From an uncultured Arcobacter sp. (lineage in GTDB: Bacteria > Campylobacterota > Campylobacteria > Campylobacterales > Arcobacteraceae), in NCBI GenBank assembly GCA_965140705.1, contig OZ223300.1:1216001-1280000 (forward strand): a DNA stretch of 64,000 nucleotides. Direction: 5' to 3'. Below are positions 58,291 through 64,000 of this stretch, in pieces (the stretch's first letter is position 1; the number at the start of each line of letters is the position of its first letter). A program made the translations under genes and the position numbers. Below the pieces are notes generated by a model. That model saw nothing but the letters and a program-made list of their open reading frames with translations, was not told the DNA's origin and ran no database searches.

Positions 58291-59354
58291 GATTTATAAC
58301 ACTTACAATCTTCTAAATGAACACCAGCTTTTACTATATCATCTTTTTGAATATGAGTAAACTCTCTATTTTGAGGAAGAGAGACCATAATTTCATGATT
58401 ATTATCTAAAAAATTTGCTAGTATTTTTGTATTTGAACCATCAAAAAGTATTGTTTTTACTTTTAAGTCAAAATAATTCATATCTTTTTCCCCAATTTTT
58501 GGAAATAGGGCAATGGCTTCCGGTCTTACAAATAAACTGCAATCCTTTTGTATATCACTATCTATGAATTTAGCTAAAAAGTTAAGCCCCTCTTTTGTTT
58601 TAACTGAATTTTCATTTTCTTTATAGGCTTCAAATTTATTTGTTTCCCCCACAAAAGATGCCACAAAACTGGTCTTTGGATTAGAGTATAGATTTTGAGG
58701 AGTATCTATTTGTTCTAATTGTCCTTTATTCATAACTGCCACTTTATCACTCATAACTAATGCTTCAGATTGGTCATGAGTTATATAAATAAATGTGGTG
58801 CCAATTTCATTTTGAAGTTTCTTTAATTCTATTTTCATCTGTTCTCTAAGCTTTAAATCTAAAGCTCCTAAAGGCTCATCTAAAAGTAAAATTGATGGTG
58901 AAAGTACAAGTGATCTAGCTATGGCAACTCTTTGTTTCTGTCCACCTGAAAGTTCTTGTACATTGTGATTTAAGTAATTACCTAAATGAACTCTCTCTAA
59001 CATAGATTTGACTTTTTTTTCTATCTCTTTTTTAGGAACATTTTGTCTTTTTAATCCAAAAGCTACATTTTCTTGAACATTCATCATAGGAAATAGTGCT
59101 AAGTTTTGAAAAACAAGATTTACAGGTCTTTTATTTGGAGGTACTCCAATCATCTCTTTATTATTAATAAGTATATTCCCTGAACTTGGCTCTAAAAACC
59201 CAGCTATCATTCTAAGTAGTGTTGTCTTTCCACAACCAGATGGTCCCAAAATAGAGAAGAACTTTCCTTCTTCCACTTGAAAATTTATACCATTAACAGC
59301 TTTATGAGCCCCAAAGGTCTTTTTGAGATTTTTTATATCTAAAATATTTTGCAT
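58287..59354 (-). CDS. ABC ATPase, PotA-like
   Basis: GPSGCGKTT, LSGGQKQR and LLLDEPLGALD motifs. Confidence 0.92.
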   Translation of the reverse strand: MQNILDIKNLKKTFGAHKAVNGINFQVEEGKFFSILGPSGCGKTTLLRMIAGFLEPSSGNILINNKEMIGVPPNKRPVNLVFQNLALFPMMNVQENVAFGLKRQNVPKKEIEKKVKSMLERVHLGNYLNHNVQELSGGQKQRVAIARSLVLSPSILLLDEPLGALDLKLREQMKIELKKLQNEIGTTFIYITHDQSEALVMSDKVAVMNKGQLEQIDTPQNLYSNPKTSFVASFVGETNKFEAYKENENSVKTKEGLNFLAKFIDSDIQKDCSLFVRPEAIALFPKIGEKDMNYFDLKVKTILFDGSNTKILANFLDNNHEIMVSLPQNREFTHIQKDDIVKAGVHLEDCKCYKS

Positions 59355-59368
59355 GATTTTCCTAAAAC

Positions 59369-59389
59369 AAGGGGAATATTATTCCCCTT
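59369..59389. other. Intercistronic hairpin after the solute-binding-protein gene
   Basis: AAGGGGAAT-att-ATTCCCCTT; typical position for mRNA stabilisation or partial termination. Confidence 0.55.
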
Positions 59390-59395
59390 ACTATT

Positions 59396-60457
59396 TTATT
59401 GTGCAGATTTTACTAAATCTAAGATTTTACCTTCTATTTTTTCTAATTTAGCAGGTACTGGTGGATACCAATTTATATTATCAATATCTTTTTGGCTAAA
59501 TGTTCTTTCAAAGTTATCTTTTTTCTCAGGGTTTAATAGTTTAATTGCTCCTTTTGAAGCTGTACCATAACCTTGGTCATTTGTAAAATAAGCAGCATTT
59601 TCTGGTTTTAACATAAAGTTAATCCATTTGTAAGCACCTTTGATATTTTTTGATTTTGAAGGAATTGCAAAAGTATCAATCCAACCTAATGCTCCACTTT
59701 TTGGGGCAACAAAATCAATGTCTGGGTTTTCTTTGTGTAGTTTCCAACCACCACCATCCCATCCCATGGCAACAGTAACTTCTCCACTTCTTAACATACT
59801 TAAAAGTGCATCTCCATTTGCCCAATAGTTATGTACTAAAGGTTTTGCAGCAATCAAATCTTTTCCTACTGTATTCATTAAAGAAGAGTAAGCAGCAATG
59901 TCATAGTATTTTTTAAAAGGATCAACACCTTTTCCAAATGCAATAGCAATCAAAGTTGGTCTTTTTAATCTATAAGAGATTTTTCCAGCATATTTAGGAT
60001 TTAATAAATCACTATAATCTTTAGCATCAGGAGCTAATTTTTTATTTACGATTAATCCAGAAGTCCCATAACAAAAAGGTACTGCATATGATTTACCTTT
60101 TATTTTTGTATTGTTTTTAACAGCGTTTAACATAGATGGAACAATATTTGCTGTTGTAATTTTTGAATAATCTATTGGTTTATAGATTTTATATTTTGCT
60201 TGTACTGAACTAATTCTATCTTGTGATGGTTGGGCAAGGTCAAATCCTGCTCCTCTTGTTGCTCTTAATTTTGCAATCATCTCTTCATTATTTGAATACG
60301 TAAGTTCAACATTTATCCCTGTTTCTTTTTCAAATTTTTCAATTAAAGCTTGTGGCGCATATCCTTTCCAAGTAAGGATTTTAAGTGTATCATTTGCTAA
60401 TAAATTGCCACTAAATAAAATAGTTGTAGCAATAGACAAAAGGGTTAATCTTTTCAT
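59396..60457 (-). CDS. PotD/PotF-fold ABC solute-binding protein, ligand uncertain
   Basis: TW.GY...I..FEKETGI.V, SNEEM and PKSGA.GWID motifs. Confidence 0.85.
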   Translation of the reverse strand: MKRLTLLSIATTILFSGNLLANDTLKILTWKGYAPQALIEKFEKETGINVELTYSNNEEMIAKLRATRGAGFDLAQPSQDRISSVQAKYKIYKPIDYSKITTANIVPSMLNAVKNNTKIKGKSYAVPFCYGTSGLIVNKKLAPDAKDYSDLLNPKYAGKISYRLKRPTLIAIAFGKGVDPFKKYYDIAAYSSLMNTVGKDLIAAKPLVHNYWANGDALLSMLRSGEVTVAMGWDGGGWKLHKENPDIDFVAPKSGALGWIDTFAIPSKSKNIKGAYKWINFMLKPENAAYFTNDQGYGTASKGAIKLLNPEKKDNFERTFSQKDIDNINWYPPVPAKLEKIEGKILDLVKSAQ

Positions 60458-60486
60458 TTTTTCTCCTAAGTTTTATATAACTAGTA

Positions 60487-60520
60487 ATTATATTAGAGAT
60501 TTATTACATAAAAGTAACAA
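60487..60520 (-). promoter_or_regulatory. -10 box with a pho-box-like direct repeat
   Basis: Minus strand TTGTTAC-TTTT-ATGTAAT-N10-TATAAT. Confidence 0.4.
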
Positions 60521-60700
60521 CAAGAACTTAAGGGTATAATAAATCCTTTTTGCTTATTTATTCTTTAAATAGACTTAAATTTAATAATTTGTTTATTATA
60601 ATTATATGCTATAATCAGATAATTAAAGAAATAAAATTTTTTATAATATTATTATAATTATAAAGGCTATTTGCAAGTTTTATTCTAATTGGAGAGCATA

Positions 60701-62263
60701 TTGAAATATTTAATGGCCATTGATGCAGGAACAGGTAGTGTTCGGGCGGTTATTTTTGACACTATTGGAAATCAAATAAGTGTAGGTCAAAGGGAATGGA
60801 CACACTTAGAAGATGAAGGTGTTAAGTGCAGTATGAGCTTTGATTTTACTACAAATTGGCAACTATGTATTGATTGTATAAAAGAAGCAATTGAAAAATC
60901 AAAAATAAATCCAAATGATATTTTAGCCCTTAGTTCCACAAGTATGAGAGAGGGTATTGTTTTATATGATAAAGATGGAAATGAGCTTTGGGGCGTGGCA
61001 AATGTTGATGCAAGAGCAGGTGAAGAGGTTAAGTATTTAAAAGAACATTTTGAAGGTATAGAAGAAGAGTTTTATCATACTTCAGGTCAAACTTTTGCAT
61101 TAGGTGCACTTCCAAGAATCTTATGGCTTAAAAATAATAGACCTAAAGTTTATGAAAAAGTTGCGAAAATCTCTATGATAGGTGATTGGATTTTAGCAAA
61201 ATTAAGTGGTGTAATTGCAAGTGACCCAAGTAATGCAGGAACTACTGGGATATTTTCACTTGTTAATAGAACATGGGATACTTCTCAGGCTTTAAAAATT
61301 GGTTTAAAAGATGATATTTTTCCTACTTGTTATGAAGTGGGAACTGTAATTGGAACTGTTAATGAAAAAGCTTCTAAGCAGACAGGTCTTTCAAATAATA
61401 CAAAAGTAGTAATGGGTGGAGGAGATGTTCAATTAGGCTCTGCTGGATTAGGAGTTGTAGAAGTTGGACAAGTAGCAGTTCTTGGTGGTTCTTTTTGGCA
61501 ACAAATTGTAAATATATCATCAGATATTTATCCTCCTTCAAATATGAGTTTAAGAGTTAATCCCCATGTTATTCCAAATCAATCTCAAGCAGAGGGAATT
61601 ACCTTTTTTTCTGGACTAATAATGAGATGGTTTAGGGATGCTTTTTGTGATATGGAAAAACAAGAAGCAAAAGAGAAAAATATTGATGTTTATGAAATAC
61701 TTGAAAAAAAGGCCAAAGATGTTCCTGTTGGTTCTTATGAAATCATGCCTATTTTTTCTGATTCTATGGAGTATGGTAAATGGTACCATGCAGCACCTTC
61801 ATTTATAAATTTAAGTATTGATTCAAATATTTGTAATAAGGCATCTATGTTTAGAGCATTGGAAGAAAATGCCTGTATAGTCTCTTCAATTAATTTGGAA
61901 AAAGTAGAAGCTTTTACAAATCTAAAATTTGAAGAAATAGTATTTGCAGGTGGAGCTAGTAAAGGAAAACTTTGGCCTCAAATACTAGCAGATGTAACTG
62001 GTTGTAAAATTAAAATACCAAAAGTGACAGAAGCTACGGCACTTGGAGCTGCAATGGCTGCAGGTGTCGGAGCTGGCATTTTTGAAACACTCACTTTAGC
62101 TTCAAAAGAGTTAGTGGTATGGGATAAAGAGTACTTACCAAATCTTGAAAATAAAAAAATATATGATGGCATAAAAGAAAAATGGAAGAAGATTTATAAT
62201 AAACAATTAGAGTTAGTAGATAATGGTTTAACAAGTTCTATGTGGAAAGCCCCAGGAGTATAA
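60701..62263 (+). CDS. lsrK: Autoinducer-2 (DPD) kinase, FGGY family
   Basis: YLMAIDAGTGSVRAVIFD, SMREGIVLY, ANVDARA, DPSNAGTTG, GGGDVQLG, GGSFWQQ and WKAPG match LsrK as I recall it; TTG 60701 after GGAG. Confidence 0.85.
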   Translation: MKYLMAIDAGTGSVRAVIFDTIGNQISVGQREWTHLEDEGVKCSMSFDFTTNWQLCIDCIKEAIEKSKINPNDILALSSTSMREGIVLYDKDGNELWGVANVDARAGEEVKYLKEHFEGIEEEFYHTSGQTFALGALPRILWLKNNRPKVYEKVAKISMIGDWILAKLSGVIASDPSNAGTTGIFSLVNRTWDTSQALKIGLKDDIFPTCYEVGTVIGTVNEKASKQTGLSNNTKVVMGGGDVQLGSAGLGVVEVGQVAVLGGSFWQQIVNISSDIYPPSNMSLRVNPHVIPNQSQAEGITFFSGLIMRWFRDAFCDMEKQEAKEKNIDVYEILEKKAKDVPVGSYEIMPIFSDSMEYGKWYHAAPSFINLSIDSNICNKASMFRALEENACIVSSINLEKVEAFTNLKFEEIVFAGGASKGKLWPQILADVTGCKIKIPKVTEATALGAAMAAGVGAGIFETLTLASKELVVWDKEYLPNLENKKIYDGIKEKWKKIYNKQLELVDNGLTSSMWKAPGV

Positions 62264-62638
62264 ATGAAATTAACAAATGAAAACGAACATGAGTATAGAT
62301 TTGGAACACATGGACCAAAATATTTAACAAAAGGCCCTATGGTAGATATGGGAGTTGTTGTAATTGGTGTAGGAGAAGAACATCCCTGTCATAAACACAC
62401 AAAACAAGAAGAGTCTTTTTTTGTTTTAGAAGGTGAATGTAGTGTTTATCTTGATGGAGTAAAAGTTGTAATTAAAAAAGGTGATTATTTACAATGTGAG
62501 CTAGGTGAATCACATATGTTTGTAAATGAAAGTGATAAACCTTTTAAAGCAGTATTTATAAAAGCTCCTCACTTTGATGTGAAAGATTCAGTATATATTG
62601 ATTGGAAACCTGGACAAGAATTTATAAAAGAGGATTAA
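62264..62638 (+). CDS. Cupin-domain protein
   Basis: H.H...EE.F.VLEG and GE.H.F.N cupin metal motifs; abuts lsrK. Confidence 0.85.
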   Translation: MKLTNENEHEYRFGTHGPKYLTKGPMVDMGVVVIGVGEEHPCHKHTKQEESFFVLEGECSVYLDGVKVVIKKGDYLQCELGESHMFVNESDKPFKAVFIKAPHFDVKDSVYIDWKPGQEFIKED

Positions 62639-62640
62639 TA

Positions 62641-63417
62641 ATGGAATTTAAAAGGAATTTATACTTTATTCTTGAAAGACCAGCAAATCATAAATATGGG
62701 ATGTTTGTTCAAGCAATTATTTATATAAATATATTTGCTAGTATTTTGATATTATTTCTGGAAACAGAAGAGTCTTTAAAAGGATATATGCATATATTAA
62801 ATTATATAAATATATTTAGTATTGGACTTTTTACTCTAGAATATATTGCAAGAATATATTGTATAAATTATGATAATAAGAAAAAAAGAATGAAGTATAT
62901 TTTATCTCCTTTTATGATTATTGACTTGTTAGTATTATTACCTTTTTATTTATCCTTTTTCCCTTTTTTAAATATAGATTTGGCATTTCTTAGAACTTTG
63001 AGAGTTTTAAGAATTTTCAAACTTTTTAGACTTGGAAAATTTATTGAATTTGATAATATATTAGCTCAAATTGTAAAAGAGAAAAAAGAAGAGTTTATAT
63101 TTATTTTAATAGCTTCTGTTATAATATTATTTACTATATCACCTTTAGTATATTTTGCAGAACATGATGCTCAACCAACAGTATTTAAAAGTATGTTTGA
63201 TTCTCTTTGGTGGTCAGTTATAACTTTTACAACAGTTGGATATGGAGACATGTATCCAATTACAGGTTTTGGAAGAATATTAGCTACATTTTTAAGTGTA
63301 TTTGGAATAGCTTTTTACGCAATACCTGGTTCTATCTTAACATCTGCATTTTTGAATAAGATGGATCATAAAAAGCATTATAAAGAAGATAAAAATAGTG
63401 ATGAGAATAAGGTCTAA
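62641..63417 (+). CDS. 6TM voltage-gated-type potassium channel
   Basis: S4 LRTLRVLRIFKLFR and filter TTVGYGD; ATG 62641 after GAGGA. Confidence 0.92.
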   Translation: MEFKRNLYFILERPANHKYGMFVQAIIYINIFASILILFLETEESLKGYMHILNYINIFSIGLFTLEYIARIYCINYDNKKKRMKYILSPFMIIDLLVLLPFYLSFFPFLNIDLAFLRTLRVLRIFKLFRLGKFIEFDNILAQIVKEKKEEFIFILIASVIILFTISPLVYFAEHDAQPTVFKSMFDSLWWSVITFTTVGYGDMYPITGFGRILATFLSVFGIAFYAIPGSILTSAFLNKMDHKKHYKEDKNSDENKV

Positions 63418-63418
63418 G

Positions 63419-64000
63419 ATGGAAAAAAGAGTATTAGAAATCGAAAAATTAAAAGCAGCCCTTGGTGAAAGTTTAACTCAAGAAGAAATAGAGAAAAAAT
63501 TGAAAGAAAAATTAGAATCCACAGAAGAAGATAATTCTGAAGAAGAAATTAAACAAGAGCTTCTAAATGATGATATAGAAGAACTTGAAGATAATGAAAA
63601 AACTCAGGAAGAGACTATTGAAGAATCAGAGAAAATCGAAGACTCTGAAGAAGAAAATGAAGAAAAAGATTCCTCAAATTTTGAAATTCAAGTAGAAGAG
63701 ATAAGTGCTGAAAAATTAGCACTTCTAAATAAAAGAAGAATGGAAGATTTAAAAGCTAATAAAAAAAGTTCTATAAATCTACTTATATATCTTTTCTCTT
63801 TTATTGCTCTTTTATTAATAATTTTTGCAGCATATTTATTTATGAATAAACCTATTGTAAAAGAAGTAGTTGTTTATAAAAAAAGCGAACCAAAAGAGAT
63901 AGTTAAAGAAGTAGTAAAAGAAAAAATTGTTCCAGTAAAATCTCTTGATGATAAACAATTAAAGAGTTATTTTAATTCAAAAAAGTATAATATTTATAAA
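63419..64000 (+). CDS. Hypothetical bitopic membrane protein with an acidic N-terminal region, truncated by the window edge
   Basis: Translated by hand: MEKRVLEIEKLK..., Glu-rich tract, TM LLIYLFSFIALLLIIFAAYLF; open to the end. Confidence 0.7.
   Translation, partial: MEKRVLEIEKLKAALGESLTQEEIEKKLKEKLESTEEDNSEEEIKQELLNDDIEELEDNEKTQEETIEESEKIEDSEEENEEKDSSNFEIQVEEISAEKLALLNKRRMEDLKANKKSSINLLIYLFSFIALLLIIFAAYLFMNKPIVKEVVVYKKSEPKEIVKEVVKEKIVPVKSLDDKQLKSYFNSKKYNIYK

Noticed and set aside
2028..62172. Short ORF-track entries antisense to or nested in long genes (for example 2028-2381, 8133-8396, 11912-12133, 16154-16579, 22434-22733, 34783-35241, 42003-42302, 56535-57101, 61978-62172)
   Set aside because: They overlap well-supported genes, show no recognisable motifs and look like shadow frames.
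63480..63670. GAA-rich stretch as a DNA tandem repeat
   Set aside because: It is explained by a Glu-rich low-complexity coding region and has no fixed repeat unit.

Overview
AT-rich bacterial chromosome segment, most consistent with an Arcobacter-like Campylobacterota genome (CiaB homolog, NavAb-like sodium channel, Cache-domain two-component systems, katA-ankyrin pair). It is densely coding (about 65 CDS). I saw no rRNA, tRNA, CRISPR array, transposase or prophage gene. Main blocks: letAB/pqi-type MCE lipid transport, katA-ankyrin, ciaB, a diguanylate cyclase, htpG with a CIRCE-like operator, a MarR-FUSC efflux operon, and a TAXI transporter. A 16-kb island (26.4-42.7 kb) holds two PxpA paralogs, pxpBC, two Cache HK/RR pairs, two TRAP transporters, a nitrilase-family amidase, an atypical RraA-fold protein and a DUF1445 protein. 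After it come dbpA, Na+ and K+ channels, an HD hydrolase, PIN-PhoH, cspA, a Pot-like ABC transporter ending in a GDPD gene, and an orphan lsrK-cupin pair near an LsrG-like/class II aldolase pair. The most notable unannotated signals are two classes of direct-repeat operators wiring the pxp island, a candidate anti-SD sRNA, an ERIC-like palindromic element, a probable ATA start codon, and a PotD-like protein with a charge-reversed pocket. All family calls come from motifs recognised by eye; no searches were run.
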